64,000 bases of DNA. It comes from Limisphaerales bacterium. GTDB lineage: Bacteria > Verrucomicrobiota > Verrucomicrobiia > Limisphaerales > SIBE01. The stretch lies in NCBI GenBank assembly GCA_044225505.1, contig JBGAIN010000027.1:687-64686 (forward strand). Reading direction: 5' to 3'. Below the pieces are notes generated by a model. It ran no database searches and was not told the origin of the DNA. It saw nothing but the letters and a program-made list of their open reading frames with translations. Positions within the stretch are counted from its first letter, which is position 1. Each line of letters starts with the position of its first letter. Below are positions 1 through 8,920 of the stretch, piece after piece. Made by a program: the position numbers and the translations under genes.

Positions 1-267
1 GTCGAGCCGGACCATGTCAAGGTAATCCTCCATCTTGCGGTCCGCCTCAGCGAAGATGCGGCGCAGCACGGAGGGGATGGTCACGATGGTCGGCCCCATG
101 TCGAAGCGGAAGCCAGCGCTTTCCAACTGCGCGGCCTTACCGCCGAGCCATTCGTTGCGTTCGAAGAGAACGACCTTGTAGCCGCGCGCCGCGAGGGTGC
201 AGGCAGCGGCGAGTCCGCCGAGGCCACCGCCGATAATGCCGATGCTCTCTTGGGAGGAAGTTTTCAT
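1..267 (-). CDS. Phytoene desaturase family FAD-dependent oxidoreductase (CrtI/CrtN-like), N-terminal 89 codons only; continues past the window start
   Basis: Not in the ORF track because it has no stop in the window. The reverse complement from ATG (265-267) reads MKTSSQESIGIIGGGLGGLAAACTLAARGYKVVLFERNEWLGGKAAQLESAGFRFDMGPT. This carries the GxGxxG dinucleotide-binding fold and the FD.GP motif typical of CrtI-family desaturases. 4-nt overlap with the stop of the upstream ORF at 264. Confidence 0.75.
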   Translation of the reverse strand, partial: MKTSSQESIGIIGGGLGGLAAACTLAARGYKVVLFERNEWLGGKAAQLESAGFRFDMGPTIVTIPSVLRRIFAEADRKMEDYLDMVRLD

Positions 268-1784
268 TGTCTCGTTTGTCTGCGTTGTTTGGTCCTGCCG
301 GAAAGTGATTTGAGGAGCGCCAAGGCGGCGCGGGCACGGTTCCTTAAACTCCGCCCGTGGGTCAGCTCGAGATACGCCTGGAACATTGCCTCGTCCTTGG
401 GATGTGGTGGGTCGAAGGCCGGGCGGAACTTGCTCTGGGTTACAGTAATGACTTTGGGCACGGTCAACTCCATCAAACCTTCGGCGCCACGCGTGACGCC
501 GAAGCCGCTGCGCTTGCGTCCCCCAAACGGCAGGTGGGCATCGGCCGTCGGCACAATGAGGTCGTTGATGCTAACCACGCCTGCGTTGAGACGGGCCGCG
601 AGTTGGCGCGCGGCACTTTGGTCGCGGGTGAAGATACTGGCAGCGAGGGCAAAGGGACAGTCATTGGCCCGCGTCACGGCCTCATCGTCGCTGGCGACGG
701 TGACCACGACCAGAACAGGGGCGAACACGTCTTCCTGGAGCAGTCGATGGCCCGGGGTCGCGCCGCCGAGCACGACGGGAGTGAGGACGCTGCCGTCATC
801 GTGAAGTCCGCCCGCGATGAAGTGAACTCCAGCCGCCAGCGCTTCCCCAAGCATTGGCCGCAGAGTGGCGGAAACAACCGGGGCGAGGCGAAAAGACTGT
901 TCGATAGGAAAAGCGCCGGCCAGCCGACCTTCGAGTTCGGTAGCGATGGAACGATGGACGAAGACGCGCTTGGGAGCCATGCAGGTCGCGCCCGCATTGA
1001 GCGTGAGGCCGAAGACGAGGGCTTTGACAACTAAATCAACATCTGCATCCGCGCAAACCAAGACGGCGTCGGAGCCGCTAAGTTCCATGGTGGCGGGCAG
1101 GAGATGCGGAGCGAGTTGCCTGAGAATCTTCTCGCCGGTGGCCGCACTGCCAGTAAAGAGAACCTTGTCGGGATGTGCTTCGATGGCGGCCTGCGCAGAT
1201 TCGGGGGATTCGGGAAGCAGCGCGACGAGTTCGGAGTCGAAACCGGCCTGAACGATAAGATCGATCAGCGCCAGAGCGGCGGCAGTGCCACCCACTCCAG
1301 GCTTGAGCAGAACGGCATTGCCAGCGGTGAGCGCCTGGATCATTTGCACGCCAGGCAGAAGCAAGGGGTAGTTGCCAGGACCAATGATTAAAACGACGCC
1401 GAGCGGCTCACGGCGAATCTCACGGCGGACTCCGAAGAGCCAAAGCGGCTGGCCACGTCGGCCCAAGCGTCGTGGGGCGAGGATCCCTTCGGCCTCGCGT
1501 TCGAGAAATCGACAAGCCTCGACCAGAGGTAGAACCTCGGCGGTGAGCGATTCGAGCACTGGCCGACGTCGTGCGGAGGTGGAGGCTTCAGCGAGTTGTC
1601 TGGCGTTTTCCGCAATCCGGTGGCGCAACTCGCGAATGAGCGCCAGTCGAGTTGAGAGCGGAGCAGCGGCCCAGCGAGCTTGAGCAACGCGGGCCGCGGA
1701 GATGGCGGCGCGAACAGATTTAATCTCCGACCGCAGTAACTCGGCGGAAAGGCGGCCCGGGGAGCTGTTGACCGAACGGTTCAC
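264..1784 (-). CDS. Aldehyde dehydrogenase family protein (NAD(P)+-dependent)
   Basis: 506-aa ORF. ALDH hallmarks are present: GPGNYP, KPG, FTGS..TG, catalytic Glu context MELSGSD, and catalytic Cys context NAGATCMAP. GTG start overlaps the upstream stop (GTGA) and its stop overlaps the next ATG, so it looks translationally coupled within the crt-like operon. Confidence 0.85.
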   Translation of the reverse strand: MNRSVNSSPGRLSAELLRSEIKSVRAAISAARVAQARWAAAPLSTRLALIRELRHRIAENARQLAEASTSARRRPVLESLTAEVLPLVEACRFLEREAEGILAPRRLGRRGQPLWLFGVRREIRREPLGVVLIIGPGNYPLLLPGVQMIQALTAGNAVLLKPGVGGTAAALALIDLIVQAGFDSELVALLPESPESAQAAIEAHPDKVLFTGSAATGEKILRQLAPHLLPATMELSGSDAVLVCADADVDLVVKALVFGLTLNAGATCMAPKRVFVHRSIATELEGRLAGAFPIEQSFRLAPVVSATLRPMLGEALAAGVHFIAGGLHDDGSVLTPVVLGGATPGHRLLQEDVFAPVLVVVTVASDDEAVTRANDCPFALAASIFTRDQSAARQLAARLNAGVVSINDLIVPTADAHLPFGGRKRSGFGVTRGAEGLMELTVPKVITVTQSKFRPAFDPPHPKDEAMFQAYLELTHGRSLRNRARAALALLKSLSGRTKQRRQTRQ

Positions 1785-3376
1785 AATGTGATCTTGGAGT
1801 TAATGCCCAGCAGGCTCGCCATCGAGGCGAAGACACCGGCTTTTTCCCTAGCCATCACCGGACGCTCTGCGGGTCTAACAGAGCTGAGCGGCGCGGTAGG
1901 AATACCGAACTCCTCGAGCAATAGGCGCGAACTGATGCGGGCGCTCTCAAAGATGACGGGGAGGCCACTGCCCGGATGAGTGCCGCCGCCGACGAGATAC
2001 ATACCGTCAAGATCTTCGAAGCGGTTGTGCGGACGCAGATGCAGCATCTGGTCGAGGGTATGTGCGAGATTGAAGGTGGCGCCGCGATAGATTTCATAGC
2101 GCGAATCCCAATCCGCCGGCGTGATGACCCGTTCGTAGCGGACACGTTTCTCGAGGTCGCCATATCCCGCTTGGCCAATCTTCTCGAAGAGCAATTTGCG
2201 GAAGCGCGGAGTCTCCGTTTCCCAGTTGATGTTCGGATGTTGGTGTGAGACGGGCGCGAGCACATAGAGCGCGCTGTGGCCCTTGGGTGCCAGCGTGGGG
2301 TCGGTAACACAGGCGTTCTGCACATAGAAGCTCGGGTCGCCGCTGAGAACATGCTGGTTTTCGATCTCGTCGAGATTCCGCGCATAGTCGTTCGCGATAT
2401 GGATGGTGTGGTGCGGCAGGTCGAAGGTGCCTTCAACGCCGAGATACATCATAAAGGTCGAACAGGAGTATTTCTTCTTGGCCAGTTTCTTGTTCGTCCA
2501 GCTGACACGCAAGTGGTCGGGCACCATGCGCTCCATGGCGCGAGCGAAGTCGGCGTTGACGACCACGGCGTCGGCGCGATGCGTGCCTTCGCTCGTGCGG
2601 ACGCCTACGGCGCGGCGACCGGAGAAGAGGATTTCTTCGACCGGCTGATTGAGAAGGATTTCAGCGCCTAGTCTTTTCGCGACGCGGGCCATTGCGGCAG
2701 TAATGGCTGCGCATCCGCCGATCGGATGGAACACGCCATGTTCGTATTCCAGGAAGCTGAGGATGCTAAACAGGCTCGGGCAGCGGAACGGTGACATGCC
2801 GAGGTATTTCGACTGGAAACAAAACGCCAGGCGGACGCGCTCATCATTGAAGAAACGCTTGAGGTAGGTGTCCAACGATTGATGTGGACGCAGCATCGGG
2901 AGCATTTTCAGGAGGCGGGAATTCACCAGATCCTGCCAGCCGAGAAAGGGCGTTTCGAGGCACGGCTCCATGGCGGCGAGCTTGGTTCGATTCTCGTTGA
3001 GGAAGCGGCGAAAGCCCGGCGCGTCGGCGGGGAAGAGAGCGGCGATCTGCTTCTCCATGCCATCGATATTCGGAGTGCAATCGAGCCGACCACCCGCACC
3101 AAACTGGATGCGATACTGCGGATCGAGCCGCACCATCTCGACCTCATCGCGCAGGGTCGTGCCGGCGGCGCGAAAGATTTCGTCAAGCACACGCGGGTAG
3201 AGGAAGAAGGTCGGCCCCAAATCGAATTTGTAGCCGTGCGCTTCAATGCTCGAAGTGCGCCCGCCGATCACCGGGAGACGCTCAATGACTTTAACTTTCA
3301 CGCCCACCGCGGCCAGAAGGATGGCCGAAGCAAGTCCGCCCGGGCCGGCGCCGATGATGATGGTTTCTTTCGTCAT
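1781..3376 (-). CDS. Phytoene desaturase family protein (CrtI/CrtP/CrtD-like carotenoid desaturase or oxidase)
   Basis: 531-aa ORF. N-terminus [38 protein letters not shown]...FDLGPT is a Rossmann FAD fold. C-terminal [13 protein letters not shown] is the CrtI-family signature. Confidence 0.85.
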   Translation of the reverse strand: MTKETIIIGAGPGGLASAILLAAVGVKVKVIERLPVIGGRTSSIEAHGYKFDLGPTFFLYPRVLDEIFRAAGTTLRDEVEMVRLDPQYRIQFGAGGRLDCTPNIDGMEKQIAALFPADAPGFRRFLNENRTKLAAMEPCLETPFLGWQDLVNSRLLKMLPMLRPHQSLDTYLKRFFNDERVRLAFCFQSKYLGMSPFRCPSLFSILSFLEYEHGVFHPIGGCAAITAAMARVAKRLGAEILLNQPVEEILFSGRRAVGVRTSEGTHRADAVVVNADFARAMERMVPDHLRVSWTNKKLAKKKYSCSTFMMYLGVEGTFDLPHHTIHIANDYARNLDEIENQHVLSGDPSFYVQNACVTDPTLAPKGHSALYVLAPVSHQHPNINWETETPRFRKLLFEKIGQAGYGDLEKRVRYERVITPADWDSRYEIYRGATFNLAHTLDQMLHLRPHNRFEDLDGMYLVGGGTHPGSGLPVIFESARISSRLLLEEFGIPTAPLSSVRPAERPVMAREKAGVFASMASLLGINSKITL

Positions 3377-3654
3377 GCGAAATGGAGTGCGAGTTGAATC
3401 AAGGTGGTGGTGCGGCTGGCTGGATCGGAATCAAACCGAAAAATTACTCTGAGCGATTCGGTGAGCGGCGTGCGCGTGAGGCCGGGGGCCACACAGTTCA
3501 CGCGAATGTTGTGCCCGGCATAAGTGGCAGCAGCGGATTGAGCGAGACTGGCGACACCCGCTTTCGCCGCGGCGATCGCTTCGTCTCCGCCGTTACTCGA
3601 TTCGAAAATACCCAAGAGCTCCGGGAGATCTGTCCGCATTTCTTCCGACGCCAT
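3373..3654 (-). pseudogene. Short-chain dehydrogenase/reductase (SDR) remnant lacking the N-terminal Rossmann half
   Basis: 93-aa ORF contains [39 protein letters not shown], the SDR region around YxxxK and IRVN.V.PG. The Tyr position is not Tyr. Only about 96 nt lie upstream before the fasciclin stop, so about 130 aa of the fold are missing. The tail overlaps the crtI-like start. Confidence 0.45.
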
Positions 3655-3710
3655 TTGGACTCCAAGGTCGCAGTCAAGGCCCCCTTAAGAACTTGTTCGT
3701 TTCGCTTGCC

Positions 3711-3739
3711 GGGGCGGAGCGCCAAGCGCCCTCCGCCCT
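3711..3739 (-). terminator. GC-rich hairpin just downstream of the fasciclin stop (candidate intrinsic terminator with a weak U tract)
   Basis: GGGCGGAG (3712-3719) pairs with CTCCGCCC (3731-3738), with an inner GCGC/GCGC pairing. It starts 12 nt after the stop codon at 3751-3753. No clear T-run follows. Confidence 0.3.
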
Positions 3740-3750
3740 CGCGGGAGCCA

Positions 3751-4245
3751 TCAGTTCGGCAGCACCACGGTGTCGATGACGTGGATGACGCCGTTGCTAG
3801 CGGCCACGTCGGGCTTGACGACCTTGGCGTTGTCCACGGTGACGGCGCCGTCGGTAACCTTCACGTCGAGCGACTGGCCGTTCACAGTTTTGGCTTTCAT
3901 CGTCTTGACGTCCGCGGCCATTACCTTGCCAGATACGACGTGGTAAGTGAGGATGGAGACGAGCTTGGCCTTGTTCTCAGGCTTAAGCAGATCTTCCACC
4001 GTGCCCTTGGGCAGCTTGGCGAATGCTTCGTCGGTCGGCGCGAAGACAGTGAAAGGCCCGGGGCCCTGCAACGTCTCGACCAGACCCGCAGCTTTCACAG
4101 CGGCCACCAGGGTGTTGAAGTTGCCGTTGCTGGAGGCAACCGCAACGATGTCTTTGCCCGTAGCCTTCGAGTCAGCGTGCGCAACTCCCAAGAAGCTGGC
4201 CATGGCGACAATCGCGACGAGGGCGAGGATGCGGATGGTTTTCAT
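3751..4245 (-). CDS. Secreted fasciclin (FAS1) domain protein
   Basis: The ORF-track frame runs 3751..4341. The likely start is ATG at 4245, which gives the signal peptide [27 protein letters not shown]1 motifs present: [16 protein letters not shown], and [11 protein letters not shown] at the C-terminus. Confidence 0.85.
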   Translation of the reverse strand: MKTIRILALVAIVAMASFLGVAHADSKATGKDIVAVASSNGNFNTLVAAVKAAGLVETLQGPGPFTVFAPTDEAFAKLPKGTVEDLLKPENKAKLVSILTYHVVSGKVMAADVKTMKAKTVNGQSLDVKVTDGAVTVDNAKVVKPDVAASNGVIHVIDTVVLPN

Positions 4246-4419
4246 CTTTCGTATTGGATATTGTGTTGTCTGTCTTGGTGTGAACCCGGATGACCGCCTC
4301 AAACTCAGTCGCCTTGGCGAACCGGCATTTAAGAGGACCACGCGGAGCGACGGTTGCGTTGATAATCCAAGGTTCAGGGTTTGTTTTCATGTTCAGTCTA
4401 TCGCCACCTGGCGTTGAAC

Positions 4420-4478
4420 TTGTATAGAATGTGTCTAACGAATGTCTACTTGTCAATATTTTGTCTCAGATTGTTTCC
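4420..4478. promoter_or_regulatory. Candidate CarH/LitR operator: 11-bp-phased TGT direct repeats in the divergent promoter region
   Basis: TGTATAGAATG|TGTCTAACGAA|TGTCTACT|TGTCAATATTT|TGTCTCAGAT|TGTTTCC, with TGT at 4421, 4432, 4443, 4451, 4462 and 4472. Several units fit nTGTnnAnnTn, the reverse complement of the nAnnTnnACAn repeat as I recall it for CarH operators. TGTCAA at 4451-4456 reads TTGACA on the minus strand, which is -35-like. Confidence 0.3.
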
Positions 4479-4595
4479 AGAGGGTCGCGACACTCTCTAT
4501 TAGCCCACAATACCCAACACAAATGGCATTCCTCAAACAAAGAAGGCACTTTCGGAAAATCCCCGCTTGCCACTTACTCTTGAATTGTCCCATAT

Positions 4596-5552
4596 TTGTC
4601 TAGTTTTATGGTTGAAGCCCACCAAGCCATTAAAGTCGTCGCGCGTCGCACGGGGTTGAGCGCGCACGTCATCCGGATTTGGGAAAAGCGCTACGGCGCG
4701 GTAGAGCCAGAACGTACTGGGACTAATCGTCGCGTTTACTCGGACGAGCAGATCGAACGACTGAGCCTACTGCGCGACATTACCCAACACGGACACAGCA
4801 TTGGCCGCGTCGCAAAGCTGCCAACGGAAAAGCTTCGTGAGCTGTCAAAGCAATCGCACGGCACAGACGGACAAGTTGCAAGAGCTCTCGCTGCCGCTCC
4901 AACCGTACCCTCCTTCTTTGACGAATGTGTCGCGGCCGTGAAGTCAATTGACGCTGGTGCTCTGGACGGCGCGCTGAAACGGGCCGCGATCGGACTGGGG
5001 GCACAGGGTGTGCTGCAACGAGTTATCGCCCCGCTGGCGCAGGCTATCGGCGTGCTGTGGCGCGACGGCACCATCACCGCCGCTCACGAACATTTCGCCA
5101 GCGCGGTCATCCGAATTTTCCTTGGCCATGCTGCGAGGCCGTTCACAGGAACGGATAATGCGCCCGTGATCGTCGTCGCTACCCCAACCGGTCAGATTCA
5201 CGAGCTTGGCGCACTGCTCGTTGGTGCTGCCGCAGCAAACCTCGGGTGGCAAGTCACCTATCTCGGCGCGGGCCTGCCGGCTGCTGAAATCGCCGGTGCT
5301 GTCCGCCAGAGTCGCGCCCGCGCCGTGGCTTTGAGCCTGGTCTATCCTGAGGACGACCCGCGGCTGGAAGGCGAACTAACGCGGCTAGATGAGTCACTGC
5401 CGCCGGAAGTCACGCTCCTGGTCGGTGGCCGCGCGATGCCGGCCTACCACGACGTTCTGACAAAAATCGGTGCGACACAGGTGGAAGACCTCGCCGAATT
5501 CTCCTCAGCGCTCGACGACTTGCGCAAACCCATAAAGCAATCGAAACGATGA
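4596..5552 (+). CDS. MerR-family, B12-binding light-responsive transcriptional regulator (CarH/LitR-like)
   Basis: N-terminal MerR HTH: AIKVVARRTGLSAHVIRIWEKRYGAVEPERTGTNRRVYSDEQIERL. Wx9EH motif WRDGTITAAHEH at 5058-5103. B12-binding Rossmann signature: IHELG (xHxxG), SLV (SxL), VGG. The track start at 4596 is TTG; ATG at 4608 is an alternative. Confidence 0.85.
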   Translation: MSSFMVEAHQAIKVVARRTGLSAHVIRIWEKRYGAVEPERTGTNRRVYSDEQIERLSLLRDITQHGHSIGRVAKLPTEKLRELSKQSHGTDGQVARALAAAPTVPSFFDECVAAVKSIDAGALDGALKRAAIGLGAQGVLQRVIAPLAQAIGVLWRDGTITAAHEHFASAVIRIFLGHAARPFTGTDNAPVIVVATPTGQIHELGALLVGAAAANLGWQVTYLGAGLPAAEIAGAVRQSRARAVALSLVYPEDDPRLEGELTRLDESLPPEVTLLVGGRAMPAYHDVLTKIGATQVEDLAEFSSALDDLRKPIKQSKR

Positions 5553-5758
5553 AATCGTTCTTCTCCCGCAACATTGACAACAAAGGCCGTCTCGTTCGCG
5601 GTATTGGTGCCTTAGCGCTGCTTGTGGGCGCGGGCTTTGCTTTCACCGTGTCCCTATGGCTGGGCATCGCTTTGATCGTGTCGGGAGCTTTCGTCGCCTT
5701 CGAAGCCTTGCGCGGCTGGTGTGCCCTACGCGCGTGTGGCATCAAGACAAAGCTCTGA
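5549..5758 (+). CDS. DUF2892 (YgaP-like) small membrane protein
   Basis: 69 aa with two hydrophobic helices. N-terminal NIDNKGRLVRGIGAL and C-terminal GWCALRACGIKT resemble the DUF2892 pattern. ATGA overlap with the regulator stop. Confidence 0.65.
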   Translation: MKSFFSRNIDNKGRLVRGIGALALLVGAGFAFTVSLWLGIALIVSGAFVAFEALRGWCALRACGIKTKL

Positions 5759-5887
5759 GTCGCATGACGCCGTGAAGAACATTCATCTCCGCAATCGGAC
5801 GGTCAGCCCTCGAAACTGATGAACCGCGGCGTGAGTAATTGAGTCCACCCGTGAATCTCCGCACTTCGCTGCGCGCTTTCTTCCAGG

Positions 5888-7450
5888 TTGCAGGGCCTAG
5901 GTGGACGACCGTATACAATGGGCATGCGTCAAGACTCGCGCGCGAGGCTGTTACCCAATGAACCCGCAAAGTCCGGCGGCAGCGCACAGGCGGAAATAGC
6001 TGTCAGGGAAGAACCGGAATTCCATCCTCCTCTTCCGAGGCGTCTGGTTTCCTGCCACTGCCATCTCCACCTGCTCCTGGCCCGCTTCAGCGCACTGCTG
6101 ATTGCCGTTGCCTTCGTTCAGAGTTTGACGATACGGGCCGCTGAGCCGGTGGTTTTCCGTCCCGCCTATGCGCCCGGCCCAGCGGATAATCCGCTCAAAG
6201 GGTTTGTCCCCTACGCAGGCCGAGGGAGAGAGTTTCCGCATTCATTGGAGTTCAATTACTTGTCGCTCGCGGCATTGATGACAGGCCCGACCAACTTTAC
6301 CTGGAAGCCGCTGGAGCAACTGCTCGACGGCATCGCGGCGCGAGGTTGCCAAGGCATCTTCCGTGTCTACCTGGAATATCCTCGCAAGCCCTCCGGCGTG
6401 CCGGAGTATCTGGTTGCAGCCGGCGTGAAGATACGTGCGTGGACCAATACAAACACTCAGCCTTTTCCTCCCGCCCTCGATCACACGCCGGACTACGAGG
6501 ATCCGCGTCTGCGCGCGGCGCTCACGAATTTCATTGCCGCACTCGGCGCGCGTTACGATGGCGATCCGCGCATCGGCTTCATCACGGCCGGTCTGCTCGG
6601 CACTTGGGGAGAGTGGCACTGCCACCCACATTCGGAATGGTTCGCGTCCAAGGCAGTCCAAGCGGAGGTCATGGACGCCTACGAAGCGGCTTTTCACAAG
6701 ACGCCGGTTCTGCTCCGCTATCCGGCCGGCGACAATAACCGCGCCCATGCGTCGAACAGTCAGCGCAACTTGGGCTACCACGACGACTCCTTCGCTTGGG
6801 CTACGCTGGAGACCGGTCGCAAGAACGACGAGTGGTTCTATCTCACGGCTCTGCGCCAAGCGGGCCCCGCCGCGATGGAGCGCTGGCGAACCGCGCCGAT
6901 CGGCGGCGAGATCCGTCCCGAGCTCTGGTCCTGTTTGTGGCAAACAGATGGTTGCAAGAAAGGCCAGGATTTCGCCCAATGCGTCCGCGAAACCCACGCT
7001 ACCTGGCTCATGGACTCGAGCACTTCTCGTCCGCTCACGCCGGATGCACAAGAGCGCGCCCTTGGTGCGGCGCGCAGCCTCGGATATGAGTTGCAGGTCG
7101 TCCACGCCTCCGCCGCGTTGGCAGGTCGAGTTCTCGAGGTATCTGTCACGATCACAAATCGCGGGGTCGCGCCCTTTTACGCGAACTGGCCCGTTACCGT
7201 CTCGGCGGTTGATTCTGATGGCCGAGAGTCGACGGCAATGCTTCCCTTTGCCCTAAACAAGTTGCTTCCAGCCACCACCGACACCCAATCCGTAGCCCTG
7301 GAGCTTGCGAAACACTCTTCAGGTGAGCTCAAGCTTCTCCTCGGCATCCCCAATCCGCTCAAGAGCGGCAAGCCGTTCCGCTTCGCTAACATGGACCAAG
7401 ACCGCGACCAGGCTGGCTGGCTTACACTCGGGAGGATCGTCATCCCATGA
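5888..7450 (+). CDS. Secreted DUF4832-like protein (putative TIM-barrel glycoside hydrolase-like)
   Basis: 520-aa ORF with NPLKGFVPY and LLGTWGEWHCHP motifs, which I associate with DUF4832 proteins. Hydrophobic signal-like stretch LLLARFSALLIAVAFVQSLTIRAAEP. The start is uncertain: TTG 5888, ATG 5918 or ATG 5924. Confidence 0.6.
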   Translation: MQGLGGRPYTMGMRQDSRARLLPNEPAKSGGSAQAEIAVREEPEFHPPLPRRLVSCHCHLHLLLARFSALLIAVAFVQSLTIRAAEPVVFRPAYAPGPADNPLKGFVPYAGRGREFPHSLEFNYLSLAALMTGPTNFTWKPLEQLLDGIAARGCQGIFRVYLEYPRKPSGVPEYLVAAGVKIRAWTNTNTQPFPPALDHTPDYEDPRLRAALTNFIAALGARYDGDPRIGFITAGLLGTWGEWHCHPHSEWFASKAVQAEVMDAYEAAFHKTPVLLRYPAGDNNRAHASNSQRNLGYHDDSFAWATLETGRKNDEWFYLTALRQAGPAAMERWRTAPIGGEIRPELWSCLWQTDGCKKGQDFAQCVRETHATWLMDSSTSRPLTPDAQERALGAARSLGYELQVVHASAALAGRVLEVSVTITNRGVAPFYANWPVTVSAVDSDGRESTAMLPFALNKLLPATTDTQSVALELAKHSSGELKLLLGIPNPLKSGKPFRFANMDQDRDQAGWLTLGRIVIP

Positions 7451-8856
7451 ACCCGGCCTTCGTTATCGTCCCCTTTGCGTTATTCACGACTGCCTCGCTT
7501 GCCATGGCTGAATTCCGTGTGGGCTGCGCGTCCGCCGAAATCACGCCGCCCGTTGGCTGGAGGCGCGCAGGCAACTACACCGAAGTCATCAGCACGGGAG
7601 TAAATGATCCGCTGAAAACCAAGGCAATGGTCGTGCAAGATGGCGCGACCACGTTTGCCTTTGTTGGCAATGATCTCTGCTCGGTGCCGCGAGACCTGAC
7701 GGACCTGGCCCGCATCCAGGCCAGCCAACTCACCGGGATTCCTGTCGCCAACATTGTCATCACTGCCACGCACACGCACGGAGGGCCGGAGTATCTCGGA
7801 CCACTGCGCAAGTTCCTCCACGAGCGTGCGCTGAAGGCAAGTAACGGAATCGACCCGCATGAACCGATCGATTACCGCCAACAACTCGTCGAGCGCTGGG
7901 CGGGCGTGATCGCCGCTGCGTGGTCGAACCGCCAACCGGCATCGCTCGAGATCGTGATTCCGCGCCTCGAAGGTGTCGCCTTCAATCGCCGCTATTGGAT
8001 GAAAGACGGCTCCACGGGCTGGATCCCGCGCAAGGGCGACACCAACATTTTCCGCCCCGCCGGCCCGGTGGACACAGACTTGCCCTTCCTCCTCGCGCGC
8101 CGCGCCGGTGCTCCAGAAGGCATCGGCTCGCTCGCCGTCTTTGCGATGCACACGGCGATCTATGGGGGTCCGGCTTTTGGCGCAGATTTTCCCGGTCACT
8201 TGCAGACGAATCTGACGGCGGCGTTTGGTTCAAAGTTCGTTTCGATTTTTGGCGAAGGTTGTGCCGGTGACGTGAATCACTTGAATCCGTTCAATCCTGA
8301 TCCTCAGCATTGGACGAGTGAGTCGCCCGCCATCGGCCGCGCGATGGCTCAGGTGGCACTAACGAACCTGCCTTACGCAAGCGCGGTAAAGCCGGGGTCA
8401 TTTGCCGTGCGATCTGCGTTCGTGCTGGCTCCGGTGACGCCCATCAGCGAGACCGAGTTCGAGGCCGCTGAGAAAGTGATGGAGACCCTGGACCAGAACG
8501 GCGCAGCATTTCTAGTAGTCGTGGACGCCTGGCGGAAAATCTTCCGCAAACAATTTTGGGAGCGGCATGCCGGGCGCCTACCGCAGGAGGTGCAGGCCGT
8601 CCGCTTCGATGCCGACACCGCGCTCGTCACTTTGCCGCATGAAATCTTCACCGAGCTGGGCATCGCCATCAAAGCAGCGTCACCCTTTCGCCGCACGATA
8701 GTTGTCTCGCTCGCCAACGATCTCGACATCTACATTCCTACGCGGCGCGCCTTTGAAGAGGGAAACTACGAACCCACCACCTGCCCGCTGGAACCTGGTT
8801 GCGGCGAACGCCTCGTTGAAGCCGCGGTGAAACTCCTCAACGAACTCAAACCATGA
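7447..8856 (+). CDS. Neutral/alkaline non-lysosomal ceramidase N-terminal domain-like hydrolase
   Basis: Signal peptide, then FRVGCASAEITPPVGW...NDPLKTKAMVV...TATHTHGGPEY, which matches the ceramidase_alk N-domain pattern. ATGA overlap with the upstream gene. Confidence 0.65.
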   Translation: MNPAFVIVPFALFTTASLAMAEFRVGCASAEITPPVGWRRAGNYTEVISTGVNDPLKTKAMVVQDGATTFAFVGNDLCSVPRDLTDLARIQASQLTGIPVANIVITATHTHGGPEYLGPLRKFLHERALKASNGIDPHEPIDYRQQLVERWAGVIAAAWSNRQPASLEIVIPRLEGVAFNRRYWMKDGSTGWIPRKGDTNIFRPAGPVDTDLPFLLARRAGAPEGIGSLAVFAMHTAIYGGPAFGADFPGHLQTNLTAAFGSKFVSIFGEGCAGDVNHLNPFNPDPQHWTSESPAIGRAMAQVALTNLPYASAVKPGSFAVRSAFVLAPVTPISETEFEAAEKVMETLDQNGAAFLVVVDAWRKIFRKQFWERHAGRLPQEVQAVRFDADTALVTLPHEIFTELGIAIKAASPFRRTIVVSLANDLDIYIPTRRAFEEGNYEPTTCPLEPGCGERLVEAAVKLLNELKP

Positions 8857-8920
8857 AGGACCTTTCGGCGGCAGGTGGGCACCAAAGCCTCGGTCGGCAT
8901 CAAGGCTCCTGATTTCACGA

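Noticed and set aside
3382-4293. 303-aa plus-strand ORF overlapping the fasciclin gene and the SDR remnant.
   Set aside because: It is antisense to a frame with an unambiguous signal peptide and FAS1 motifs. Its own product is low-complexity (Arg/Gly-rich) with no recognisable domain.
6242-7105. 287-aa minus-strand ORF. Comparable antisense ORFs: 357..1034, 7480..8199, 11257..11829, 14711..15292, 47578..48447, 50244..50876, 53343..53945 and 55444..56067.
   Set aside because: Each lies opposite a CDS with clear family motifs. These are shadow ORFs typical of high-GC DNA.
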